Source: an uncultured Spirochaetota bacterium (lineage in GTDB: Bacteria; Spirochaetota; Brevinematia; Brevinematales; JAOACQ01). From it: a stretch of DNA of 64,000 bases. Positions 10,987 to 19,801 of this stretch are shown here, in pieces (the stretch's first letter is position 1; every line of letters begins with the position of its first letter). The translations under genes were made by a program, and so were the position numbers. The stretch lies in assembly GCA_963783575.1 (NCBI GenBank), contig CAWAOD010000009.1, forward strand, positions 96,001 through 160,000. Reading direction: 5' to 3'. Below the pieces are notes generated by a model. That model did not search any database. It was given only the letters and a program-made list of their open reading frames with translations, and was not told where the DNA came from.

Positions 10987-10996
10987 GAGGAATAAA

Positions 10997-11314
10997 ATGG
11001 GTAAAAGTAAAATGACGAAGTCCGATATAGTGGATGTTGTTTTTGAAGATTCGGAAATTAAAGAATACGGGATGTCAAGAAAAGAAGTTGGGGCAGTAAT
11101 TGCCAAATTTGTTGAAAAACTGAGGGAAGCTATAGAGAATCTGGATGAAGACGATAGAATAGAACTTAGAGGATTTGGGACATTTGGAATAAAGAAAAGA
11201 AAAGCAAGAATTGCCAGGAATCCGAAAACCGGCGAAGAAGTTAAAGTACCGGAAAGAAAGTCTCCATTTTTTAAAGCCGGAAGGGAAATGAAACAAACAA
11301 TTATGAATAGCTGA
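10997..11314 (+). CDS. HU/IHF family DNA-binding protein (Hbb-like)
   Basis: IELRGFGTF...RIARNPKTGE; AGGAGG RBS before ATG 10997. Confidence 0.93.
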   Translation: MGKSKMTKSDIVDVVFEDSEIKEYGMSRKEVGAVIAKFVEKLREAIENLDEDDRIELRGFGTFGIKKRKARIARNPKTGEEVKVPERKSPFFKAGREMKQTIMNS

Positions 11315-11362
11315 TTATGTTAGTAATTTTTTACTTTGAATTATAAGCATTGAATTCTTATT

Positions 11363-11392
11363 AAAAAGCCTGTTGATAGCAGGCTTTTTTTA
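11363..11392 (+). terminator. Intrinsic terminator
   Basis: AAAAAGCCTG-TTGATAG-CAGGCTTTTTTT. Confidence 0.85.
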
Positions 11393-11471
11393 TTTAAGAA
11401 TAAATTTATATCTTCCGATAAACAAAATAGTAAATTTTAACCTGATGCATAGATGTTAAAGAGAGTATTAT

Positions 11472-12650
11472 ATGATAACTGAAGAGATATATAGAGACGA
11501 AAAAGAAATAATAAAAGTCATTTCGATTATTTGCGCAAATCAGGCTATGGGTGTGTTTAAAGACAGGGACATTCAATTTAATGTGAGGTTTAAAGAATAT
11601 AGAAACGGACAAATTCAACTCGGTAATATCGAATCCTCGAAAGTCGGCTTGAATCTTGATTCATATATGATGAGGCCGATGGAAGCTGAAGTTAATCTTG
11701 GAGCCAGCATCTATTTATTTACGGCAATACCGGTTACGGCAAAGTCTATTTCTATGCCTGAAGAGATAAGGTCTCATCCGAAACGGAAAAATGTGAGAAT
11801 TAAAGTATCTGGTAATCCTTTCATTTCGAAAATGTATGCTTTGGTTTCAGTTAAGGTTGTCGATCCTACAATCCAGGATGAAGAATTGTCGAAAAAAATA
11901 CATCTTATAATGAATACAATAGAAAGTACTTTGGTTAGATCCGAAAATTACGATATAGCTAAAATATCTCTTTATGACGGAACGGAAAAAAGCACTGTTG
12001 CAAAATTAATCAAAAAATATCAGAAACCTTTTGTTGTTTTTGACACGACAAACCTTTCCATTAAAGATGAAACTATTCTCAGTTATGAGGAGTATGTGAA
12101 ATTTTTGAGTGAGGAAGGAGCCAATTTTAATGATATATTATCACAGCTTGATAAAATAAAAGAATTCTACCAGAAAAATAAGATTAAAAGTGAAGCGGTT
12201 GTTCCGCTGATTTTTGAGGAAGAAGTAATAGGTCAAATCCGTGTAGTTTCTTTAAAAGAACAAATCCTAAAGCCGAATGTAATGAGACTGAACACACTTT
12301 CATTGAACGCGGTGGACAACCTGTTTACAAAATGTTCTTTTGAAGTGGTTTCAAAAGAACCTCAGACAATGCTTGATATGGGCGTGAATGGCGCAAAATT
12401 TATGATTACGGAACCCGATTTATACAAATATGTAAGGCTAATGCGCCGTATTTATCTCCAGCTTTATTTCCCGGATGAAACTGTGATTAAAACCATGGCA
12501 ACAATAGTCAATGTTTATGACGATACCATCGACGGTTATAAAGTAATCGGTGTTAAATTTTCCATGAATATCGATTGGAAAGATAAAAATAAACTCGATG
12601 AATTTATTCAGAGTGTTGTCCGGCTTCAAAAAAACGACTATTTAGCCTGA
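11472..12650 (+). CDS. PilZ-type protein with a GAF-like insert (DUF1577-like)
   Basis: RKNVR (RxxxR) and distant DMGVNG; EAVVPLIF...VIGQIRV GAF-like segment; C-terminal IGVKF. Confidence 0.65.
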   Translation: MITEEIYRDEKEIIKVISIICANQAMGVFKDRDIQFNVRFKEYRNGQIQLGNIESSKVGLNLDSYMMRPMEAEVNLGASIYLFTAIPVTAKSISMPEEIRSHPKRKNVRIKVSGNPFISKMYALVSVKVVDPTIQDEELSKKIHLIMNTIESTLVRSENYDIAKISLYDGTEKSTVAKLIKKYQKPFVVFDTTNLSIKDETILSYEEYVKFLSEEGANFNDILSQLDKIKEFYQKNKIKSEAVVPLIFEEEVIGQIRVVSLKEQILKPNVMRLNTLSLNAVDNLFTKCSFEVVSKEPQTMLDMGVNGAKFMITEPDLYKYVRLMRRIYLQLYFPDETVIKTMATIVNVYDDTIDGYKVIGVKFSMNIDWKDKNKLDEFIQSVVRLQKNDYLA

Positions 12651-12660
12651 AATGCCCTAT

Positions 12661-13427
12661 CTATACCTGATGCTTATAATTGTAAGGAAAATCAAGAAAA
12701 ACCGTATCTATCTTATCCCCAAAAATCATTTTCGTTTCATTCATAAGGGCTTTTACTCCAAAAACCTCGGTTTGATAGTGCCCGGCAAAAATAAGATTTA
12801 AACCGTTTTCCCTGGCCGGATAATCGAACATGCTTTCCCCATTCCCTCTCCGGATATAATCGTAGAAACACCAAGATCAGTGGCCTGGCCAAGAATTGAC
12901 AGCTTCAACCCGCCTGAAGAAACGGCAATTTTCCCGATTAAATCATGGTTATTTTGCAAAAAATCTATCCGCCTTCCTATTTTATCTTTAATTTGGTTTA
13001 TTAATTCATTAAAATTCAGGGGGTTTTCAAATTTACCTATATATGCGGCTTCTCCAAAATCAGAATCCGGAATCGCGCCCAATGATTTTAAAATCTGAAT
13101 GTTATTACCGATTTGCGGATGTTTATCCAGAGGAAGGTGAGAAACGTAAAGGTTTATATTATTTCTCAAAAGAATATCAATCCGTTTTTTATCTATGCCG
13201 GTGATTTTTTTTAATCCGTTCCAGATAAGGCCATGATGGACTATAAGCATATCACACTTGAGTTCGACTGCTTTAACAAATATATCATATCCGCTGTCAA
13301 CCGAGAAAGCGATTCTCCCAATCAAATCACCGCCTTCAATCTGCAGGCCGTTAAAAGTAATATCGCTGTAATTTTCAGGCTTGAGAATGCCGTTAAGAAA
13401 ACCGGTTATCTCATTTCTTGAAACCAC
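12661..13427 (-). CDS. Nif3-like dinuclear metal centre protein, frameshifted
   Basis: NGLQIEG, HHG, SHLPLD; AGHYQTE in the shifted frame, which ends at TAG 12661. Confidence 0.88.
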
Positions 13428-13433
13428 AATAAA

Positions 13434-14450
13434 TTATTTCTCCATCTTTCTTCTCTTTTCATATGCGGGAAGTTTTTGATATAGATATACAGCCTTATTA
13501 TGTTCTTCAAGAGTGCTTGAAAAATAATGTGAGCCATCCGGTTTGGCAACAAAATAAAGATATCCGACATCGGTAGGAAAAATAGCCGCTAATATTGATG
13601 CTCTGCCTGGGTTTGCTATTGGCCCGGGCGGCATACCATAATACTTATATGTATTATACTTAGAATCGATATTAAAGTCTTTGAAACCAATGCTGCCGTT
13701 ATAAGTACCGGTAAGAGTCAGGGCATAAATCAATGTAGGATCAGCCTGAAGCCTCATCCCCTTTTTTAAACGGTTGTAATAAACCCCGGCAATGATCGGC
13801 TTTTCAAACTCCTGTTTAGCTTCTTTCTCAATAATAGAAGCCATTATCATCACATTATTCAGTGTTAGACCTTTTTGATGGATTTTAGTCAGAAAATCGT
13901 TGTCAATTATCCTGTTAAAATTATCCAGAAACAGCCTTATAATTTTTTTTTTCTCATAATTAAGGGGGATATAATAAGTATCCGGATACAGATACCCTTC
14001 AAGCGTAGGATTTTTTTTCAAATTAAATTCCGATATTAATTCCTTATCTTTACATGTTTCAAGAAACTCTTCTTCTGAAATAAGCCCGTTTTCAGACAAA
14101 ACGGAAGCAATCTGATAGATATTATATCCTTCAGGGATGGTGATTTTAATCGAAAATGTATCACCTGAAGCAAATTTATCAATCAAATCTATATACCTTT
14201 CCCCTTTTTTTATTTGATAAACGCCGAATTTAAAATTCATGTCCTTCCGCATCAGTTTTGCAAGAATCTGAAATCTTGTTGTGTTTTTAATTATATTCTC
14301 ACTTTTAAGTCTTTTAGTAATATTATGAAATGATTCGCCTTTCTTTATCTCAAATAGAACATTATCCTTATTTACCGTCAATTCCGTAGCACACCCAGCA
14401 ATTGAGAAGCATAAAAAGACAATAAACAAGACCTTCATAAATCCGAGCAT
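13434..14450 (-). CDS. mltG: Endolytic transglycosylase MltG
   Basis: ITIPEG, LEGYLYPDTY, ASIIEKE, LQADPT, PPGPIANPG. Confidence 0.95.
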   Translation of the reverse strand: MLGFMKVLFIVFLCFSIAGCATELTVNKDNVLFEIKKGESFHNITKRLKSENIIKNTTRFQILAKLMRKDMNFKFGVYQIKKGERYIDLIDKFASGDTFSIKITIPEGYNIYQIASVLSENGLISEEEFLETCKDKELISEFNLKKNPTLEGYLYPDTYYIPLNYEKKKIIRLFLDNFNRIIDNDFLTKIHQKGLTLNNVMIMASIIEKEAKQEFEKPIIAGVYYNRLKKGMRLQADPTLIYALTLTGTYNGSIGFKDFNIDSKYNTYKYYGMPPGPIANPGRASILAAIFPTDVGYLYFVAKPDGSHYFSSTLEEHNKAVYLYQKLPAYEKRRKMEK

Positions 14451-14472
14451 TATCGAAGACCTCCCCTATGAC

Positions 14473-14497
14473 AAAAAACCCCGCTTTTGCGGGGTTT
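14473..14497 (-). terminator. Intrinsic terminator after the RRM gene
   Basis: Minus strand AAACCCCGC-AAAA-GCGGGGTTTTTT. Confidence 0.85.
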
Positions 14498-14532
14498 ATA
14501 AATTAAACATTTTATTAAAAAGTTAATGCAAT

Positions 14533-14826
14533 TTATCTGTTGTAATCCCTTTTATCTCTGCTGTCCCTGTTATTATTCCAGCTTCTCTTCTCATCTCTCG
14601 GCCTGGCTTCATCAATCCTGAGAGGCCTGCCTAGAAAATCCTGTCCGTTTAAAGCATTCATGGCATTTTCGGCTTCCTGGGTAGTGCCCATTTCAACGAA
14701 ACCGAACCCTTTGCCTTCCATCACTTTTGCATACTTAACTTCACCGTACCCGGCAAACAATTCATTGAGCTGTTCTGTGGTGATACCATACTTTAAATTC
14801 CCTACATACAACTTACTACCTTGCAT
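14533..14826 (-). CDS. RRM RNA-binding protein
   Basis: LYVGNL (RNP2) and KGFGFVEM (RNP1). Confidence 0.95.
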   Translation of the reverse strand: MQGSKLYVGNLKYGITTEQLNELFAGYGEVKYAKVMEGKGFGFVEMGTTQEAENAMNALNGQDFLGRPLRIDEARPRDEKRSWNNNRDSRDKRDYNR

Positions 14827-14869
14827 TTATCTTACTCCTATAAAATATTTCAACAATAATAATTAATAA

Positions 14870-15223
14870 TTATTTGCCGGAAGTATGCATATGTTTTTTA
14901 CATTTTTCAGCATATGGAATGACTTCAAGACGTTCATCTTCAATTTCTGCTCCGCAAATAATGCACTTACCGAAAGTATTATCTTTAACCCTTTGTATAG
15001 CGCGCCTTATATCCTCAATAACTTTTTTTTGAGATGCAGATAAGCCTTCGTTTATGGTAGCAGAACTGAAAGCCTCTGCCCGGTCAACCAGATCACCGTC
15101 AATCTCAAACGGATTCTCTTCTTCGCTTGTTTCACTTTTTATATTATCAAGTATCTCATTTTCCATATCAATCAACTTTTGACGATAATACTTCAATTTT
15201 TCAGGATCCATACTATGCTCCAT
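14870..15223 (-). CDS. DksA/TraR family protein
   Basis: DLVDRA coiled-coil tip; FGKCIICG...ERLEVIPYAEKC. Confidence 0.88.
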   Translation of the reverse strand: MEHSMDPEKLKYYRQKLIDMENEILDNIKSETSEEENPFEIDGDLVDRAEAFSSATINEGLSASQKKVIEDIRRAIQRVKDNTFGKCIICGAEIEDERLEVIPYAEKCKKHMHTSGK

Positions 15224-15471
15224 TAAATATTATCAACAACATTAACAACTTTATGCCCGTTCCTGTCAAAAAACCGGACATAACCATCTTTAATGGCAAA
15301 AATAGTATAATCGGTACCTAAACCGACATTCAGGCCTTTATGAAATTTCGTTCCCCTTTGCCTGACTATTATATTCCCTGCAACAACAAATTGATTAGAA
15401 TATTTTTTCACGCCAAGTCTTTTTGAATGACTATCCCGCCCATTTTTCGCAGTACTCCCGCTAGCCATCAT
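15223..15471 (-). CDS. rpmA: 50S ribosomal protein L27
   Basis: [14 protein letters not shown]...IIVRQRGT. Confidence 0.97.
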   Translation of the reverse strand: MMASGSTAKNGRDSHSKRLGVKKYSNQFVVAGNIIVRQRGTKFHKGLNVGLGTDYTIFAIKDGYVRFFDRNGHKVVNVVDNI

Positions 15472-15778
15472 TTGCCTCCATAATTACTTTTATATTATTT
15501 GAAAATTGCTTTTCCAGGACTATTAGACTTAAAGACATGGAATCAAATAGCAGTTTATCTTTTTCATTATAATCCGTAACTTTTGCTGAATAATATCCCA
15601 CATCTTTTTTAATATCAATCCTGGCTTTACAAAGTTCCTTCTCGCTTAAAACCCAGCTTTCCATAAGAACCGAAACGGAAGAACAAACAATATCGCTTCC
15701 TTTCCTATCAAACAGTGCATGGCCGAAAGCCTCAATAAATAAGAATTTATCGGCCGCTTTTAATTTAATATTAATCAT
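15461..15778 (-). CDS. prp: Ribosomal-processing cysteine protease Prp family
   Basis: GHA...DIVCSSVS; lies between rplU and rpmA. Confidence 0.88.
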   Translation of the reverse strand: MINIKLKAADKFLFIEAFGHALFDRKGSDIVCSSVSVLMESWVLSEKELCKARIDIKKDVGYYSAKVTDYNEKDKLLFDSMSLSLIVLEKQFSNNIKVIMEANDG

Positions 15779-15799
15779 TAAAATCCAATTAACTTATAT

Positions 15800-16204
15800 T
15801 TATTCGGATTTTCCAGCATTATCAATAGCATCTGCATTAACGTTCTTTTCTGTTTCTTCCGCAGTTTTCGCTGTTTTAGCTTTAGCCGTGCCTAAACTGA
15901 TCCCTGTAACTTCAATTTTTGTGTATTTTTGCCTGTGCCCGGTTTTCCTTCTATAACTCGCTTTTTGTTTATACTTAAAAACATCAAGTTTTTCGCCCTT
16001 GATCAATGGGTCAATAACTTTACCTTCAACAACAGCTTTTTCAACATAAGGCATTCCAATGTGAATGTCTTTGTCTGTTCTAAAAAGTGTAACAGTATTG
16101 AATTTTATTTTTCCGCCGGCTTTTGCCTGCATCAGATCGATTTGTATTTCGCTCCCTTTTTCAACTTTATACTGTTTACTGCCTATTTCAACTATTGCAT
16201 ACAT
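15800..16204 (-). CDS. rplU: 50S ribosomal protein L21
   Basis: MYAIVEIGSKQYKV...GHRQKYT; extra C-terminal tail. Confidence 0.97.
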   Translation of the reverse strand: MYAIVEIGSKQYKVEKGSEIQIDLMQAKAGGKIKFNTVTLFRTDKDIHIGMPYVEKAVVEGKVIDPLIKGEKLDVFKYKQKASYRRKTGHRQKYTKIEVTGISLGTAKAKTAKTAEETEKNVNADAIDNAGKSE

Positions 16205-16341
16205 GACTTTCTCCTTTAACTAATAAATTAAAGCCTATAAAAATACGTTATAAAACCATAGGGCATCGCTAAGCGCTCTTACAAAGCAAGAGTTTATAGT
16301 GATGCCCCTCAATATCTACCAATATAAAATCAAAGTCTAAT

Positions 16342-16370
16342 ATAATAAAACCATACTTTGATTTTGTCAA
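16342..16370 (-). promoter_or_regulatory. sigma70 promoter of the rplU operon
   Basis: TTGACA-N17-TATTAT. Confidence 0.7.
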
Positions 16371-16465
16371 ATAATAAGTATTGATTACAAATAAATCAAT
16401 ATTAATTCATGATTTTGATAATTAAAATAACTGCGTTTATATTGTTGATAAGATATGAAATGCAA

Positions 16466-17212
16466 TTATTGAAAAGTATTTGTGGGAGATTTTACTTTAA
16501 GAATTTTCCCGCTTTTTATATTTTCTACCAGGTAATTTTCTTCATCCAGTTTTTTTCTAATTACCACATCTGTAATAATAACAATTCCACCATTCCTGTA
16601 AACCAATTCTGCCCTGTTATTTTTAAAGTTTTGAAGAAAAAAATCCTCGTTGTTTATTTTTGAGTCAACCGGTTTAATATTATTACTGATAATATTGCCG
16701 GCAGGCTTTTCATATTTAAAATTAAATTCCGCATTGGTTAAAATTCCAATGGTGTTTGAAAATCCTAAATATGATAGTCTTATAATGGCTGTATTATTTG
16801 AGAAAACTGAATTTAGACCTTTAATTTTAAAATTATTACCGAAATTAAATTCCTCCAATTGCATTTTATTTATTTCAGTTCCCGGGCAATTTGAGATAAT
16901 CATATCTGTCAGCTCGGGAATTTTTGAAAATTGCCTGACAAATTCGATTTTCACTTTTTGCCCGATCAAAACAAAATCTTTAAGACCGGCATTTTTAAGT
17001 CTAATACATAATTCATTGTTGGAATAAAAGATGGAATCATTTATATTAATTGAATTTGTCAAATTTATTTTTTCATCTATTAATTCATTTAAATGGATTA
17101 TTCTTGAGGACGTATAAACTATTTCTTTTAAATGATAAATCTGATCTCCGAAAATTAACTGTATAAAAAACATCAAAACAAACTCATTTATTATAAAAAC
17201 CTTCATACTCAT
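16466..17212 (-). CDS. Exported protein, divergent FlgA-like (P-ring chaperone)
   Basis: Signal-like N-terminus; C-terminal ELVYRNGGIVI...YLVENIKSGKILKV resembles the FlgA C-terminal domain. Confidence 0.5.
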   Translation of the reverse strand: MSMKVFIINEFVLMFFIQLIFGDQIYHLKEIVYTSSRIIHLNELIDEKINLTNSININDSIFYSNNELCIRLKNAGLKDFVLIGQKVKIEFVRQFSKIPELTDMIISNCPGTEINKMQLEEFNFGNNFKIKGLNSVFSNNTAIIRLSYLGFSNTIGILTNAEFNFKYEKPAGNIISNNIKPVDSKINNEDFFLQNFKNNRAELVYRNGGIVIITDVVIRKKLDEENYLVENIKSGKILKVKSPTNTFQ

Positions 17213-17419
17213 ACCATCAATATCCTTATTACTAAGTTAATTATTTAATAATTAAGCTTCCGATCTTCATTATCGGAATAAATATGGTTTTGAAAAGAAA
17301 GATGCACAAACATTAAAATGCATTGTGCAATATGAACTGTGCAAATTGTCAATAAATATTATTTGAAATAAATTTATTTCAATATATAACAATAAAATAA
17401 GCTTTTTATTGAGATAGGT

Positions 17420-17434
17420 TGGCATATAAATTGC
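17420..17434 (+). promoter_or_regulatory. sigma54 -24/-12 promoter
   Basis: TGGCATATAAATTGC = TGGCAY-N5-TTGC with correct GG-N10-GC spacing. Confidence 0.65.
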
Positions 17435-17444
17435 CCTATAAAAG

Positions 17445-17512
17445 CAAAGCCCCCTTAAAATATATTATTTTTTTGAAACCCTTCCCTACCCCCGGGAAGG
17501 GTTTCGCTATTA
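17445..17512 (+). ncRNA. Candidate sigma54-dependent small RNA
   Basis: About 65 nt between the sigma54 promoter and hairpin GAAACCCTTCCC-TACCCCC-GGGAAGGGTTTC; no plus-strand gene follows. Confidence 0.45.
17475..17505. terminator. 12-bp hairpin; terminator-like for the converging 17524-18894 gene and 3' end of the sRNA candidate
   Basis: GAAACCCTTCCC / GGGAAGGGTTTC. Confidence 0.65.
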
Positions 17513-17523
17513 TGGGACTTCTT

Positions 17524-18894
17524 TTAATCTTGTTTATAACGGATTTCATTACCAGCGCTCAAAAAACCACTCTTCACAGTATTATTGCTGTAAAAAGTAA
17601 TCGGTTGCTTATCGCCCGAAATAAAAAAAACGGGTTTATTATCTACAATAAATTCTGTATCAACTGACAGAATTCCTCTTGCAATTTCACCGTTTTCATA
17701 AAACTCAAGCGTATAATCATGCGTTCGTACGGAACTATTATTATCAAATCCAATAATCTCTCCGCCTTTGAAATAAATTTTTCTGTCATTAATCAATATT
17801 TCCGTATCCTTTTCCTTTGATCTGCAATATTTTAAAAATCCTTCCCGATAAAAACAAACCTCAAAATGTGAATCGATAATAATTCTATTTTTCCCGCAAA
17901 TCCATTCGATATCTTTCCGTAAAAAACCCTTCTTGATATTACCATTATCATAGAATTCAATTATGGAATCCGATTTAAAAATTAAATTTTTATTCCCTAA
18001 ATTTACATATGTATCATTATCAAGTATACCATTCATTAGAAATCCATTTAAATAAAAATTAATAACACTGTTATTTTTAAATTGAAATTCCAAACCATTA
18101 ATGAGAATTATTTTCTTACTTATTAAGAAAATCCGGGATATAAAGCCGTTTTTATGAAAATAAACTGTTTCACCGGAGGTTAATTCAAAGGGAATCCCTC
18201 CGGCATTTACATTAGTAATGAAAACGAGTATCCCGCTCCTGATCTCACCGCTATCATATAATGAAATTCTTTTAAAAATAAATTTATTATCATTTAAATT
18301 AAATTCTTCGGGTTTTGATAAAATCATGCCAAAACGTAATCCTCCTTTTTCGTCAATTAATCTGTATCGTCTATAATAAATCTTCCTGCCGTATAAATTC
18401 ACAGTTAATCCTGTAAATAACTGTCCGGGCAGATCAAATAAACCAAGTCCCTTTGTTATAAGTCTTATTATCAAATCAATCGAAAATACAAGTAAAGAGA
18501 TCGTAAATAAGATTATAAATGCCTGACGGTATCGAGAAAGGCCTGTTTCCTGCCTTTTCAAAAGAAAACCGTTATGAGATAGTTCTACAATATCACCGGG
18601 TTTTAAAAGGTTTTTTTTCATATTTTTATCGTAAATAACAGTCCATTTGGAAAAAGAACCGGTTTTGACAATACCCTCGGGATAAAAAATTATTTCCCTC
18701 CCGCTTTTAAAATAAAAACTGCCTATTTTCTCTTCCTTAGATAATATACCGCCGAAAGTGTTATCTGAATTTGTAAAAATACTATTAGAAATAAAATGTA
18801 TTTGATACCCTCTTATATTAAAAACTGCATCATCGGAATAAAGTAAAGAAATTAAATTAACAATTAATAAAATGATAAAAATTAATTTTTTCAA
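17524..18894 (-). CDS. Membrane protein with ~33-aa beta repeats (MORN/YwqK-like)
   Basis: Signal peptide, internal TM helix, repeated I-x-FY-x-NG-x-I-x-x-G-x-L. Confidence 0.65.
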   Translation of the reverse strand: MKKLIFIILLIVNLISLLYSDDAVFNIRGYQIHFISNSIFTNSDNTFGGILSKEEKIGSFYFKSGREIIFYPEGIVKTGSFSKWTVIYDKNMKKNLLKPGDIVELSHNGFLLKRQETGLSRYRQAFIILFTISLLVFSIDLIIRLITKGLGLFDLPGQLFTGLTVNLYGRKIYYRRYRLIDEKGGLRFGMILSKPEEFNLNDNKFIFKRISLYDSGEIRSGILVFITNVNAGGIPFELTSGETVYFHKNGFISRIFLISKKIILINGLEFQFKNNSVINFYLNGFLMNGILDNDTYVNLGNKNLIFKSDSIIEFYDNGNIKKGFLRKDIEWICGKNRIIIDSHFEVCFYREGFLKYCRSKEKDTEILINDRKIYFKGGEIIGFDNNSSVRTHDYTLEFYENGEIARGILSVDTEFIVDNKPVFFISGDKQPITFYSNNTVKSGFLSAGNEIRYKQD

Positions 18895-19094
18895 AATGAC
18901 CCTCCGTATTTTTCATTTTTCATTACTGATTCTAATAAAGATAAGATATTTAATCAAATTATAGAATCGCAACAAATTCTGAATATTTTTCAATTGATCA
19001 GGCAATTTAAATTTTTTTAGTTTTTTGTTATAAAGGATTATTTGAAGAAAAAGAAAATTTTTGGAAATTAGAATGCCATTCAAGATTTAATAAT

Positions 19095-19124
19095 GGGCAC
19101 TTCATGAAATTCTTGAACTGCCCA
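19095..19124 (-). terminator. Hairpin after the J-domain gene
   Basis: GGGCA-C-TTCA...TGAA-C-TGCCC. Confidence 0.45.
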
Positions 19125-19126
19125 AA

Positions 19127-19801
19127 TCATATTTTAATTATACTGCGGATTAATTGTTTAACCTTAAGGCTCTTTTCGATATCATAAATTTCACGAATCA
19201 CTTTTTTAACCCTTAATTCTTTGCGATTTTTCAGACCTTCTATAATCTCTATCTTAACTGAATCATCAATGCTGGAATACAGCAGCCGGAGGAGATCAAA
19301 TACTGCATAATGCTTGTTCCTGGCCAGAATTGCCCTCACGGCATTTATCTGGACATAAATATTCCTGGAGAAAATAACCATTTTTAAAAGCTCATCCAAA
19401 GGTATCTCCATAATGGCCGTATCCATAACATTCCTATGTTTTACAATATTTTTTCCTCTCAGAAATATTTTTACAAATGATACCGAATATAGCCATTCCC
19501 TGAGTTCCCTGAACTTGAACACAAGGATTTGCGATGTTTGTTTTTTTGCTGCAAGAGATTTGTCATAATCCATTTTCTTTTCCGGGTGAATCAATGTGTT
19601 ATAAGCCGCAGTAATCTCTTCAAATATTTTTGAATTTCCAGTATTGTTATTTTTAAAATCAGACTGTACAGATGATTTTCTTCCGGCGGCAGAATCTTTC
19701 AGATCGGGATGGAATCTTTTGACAAGCTTTCTGTATGCCGCTTTTATTTCTTTTTTATTGCTGCCTTTTGATACGCCCAGAATGTCATAATAAGTTTTCA
19801 T
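19127..19801 (-). CDS. J-domain protein with helical (HEAT-like) C-terminus
   Basis: YYDILGV...IKAAYRKL...HPD; no Zn finger or G/F region. Confidence 0.88.
   Translation of the reverse strand: MKTYYDILGVSKGSNKKEIKAAYRKLVKRFHPDLKDSAAGRKSSVQSDFKNNNTGNSKIFEEITAAYNTLIHPEKKMDYDKSLAAKKQTSQILVFKFRELREWLYSVSFVKIFLRGKNIVKHRNVMDTAIMEIPLDELLKMVIFSRNIYVQINAVRAILARNKHYAVFDLLRLLYSSIDDSVKIEIIEGLKNRKELRVKKVIREIYDIEKSLKVKQLIRSIIKI

Noticed and set aside
17268..17300. Possible sigma28 promoter (TCCGATAA) before the flgA-like gene
   Set aside because: No TAAA/TCAA at the required 15-nt spacing
17419..17667. 82-aa plus-strand ORF
   Set aside because: Its TTG start is part of the sigma54 element, it runs through a hairpin and it overlaps a real antisense gene
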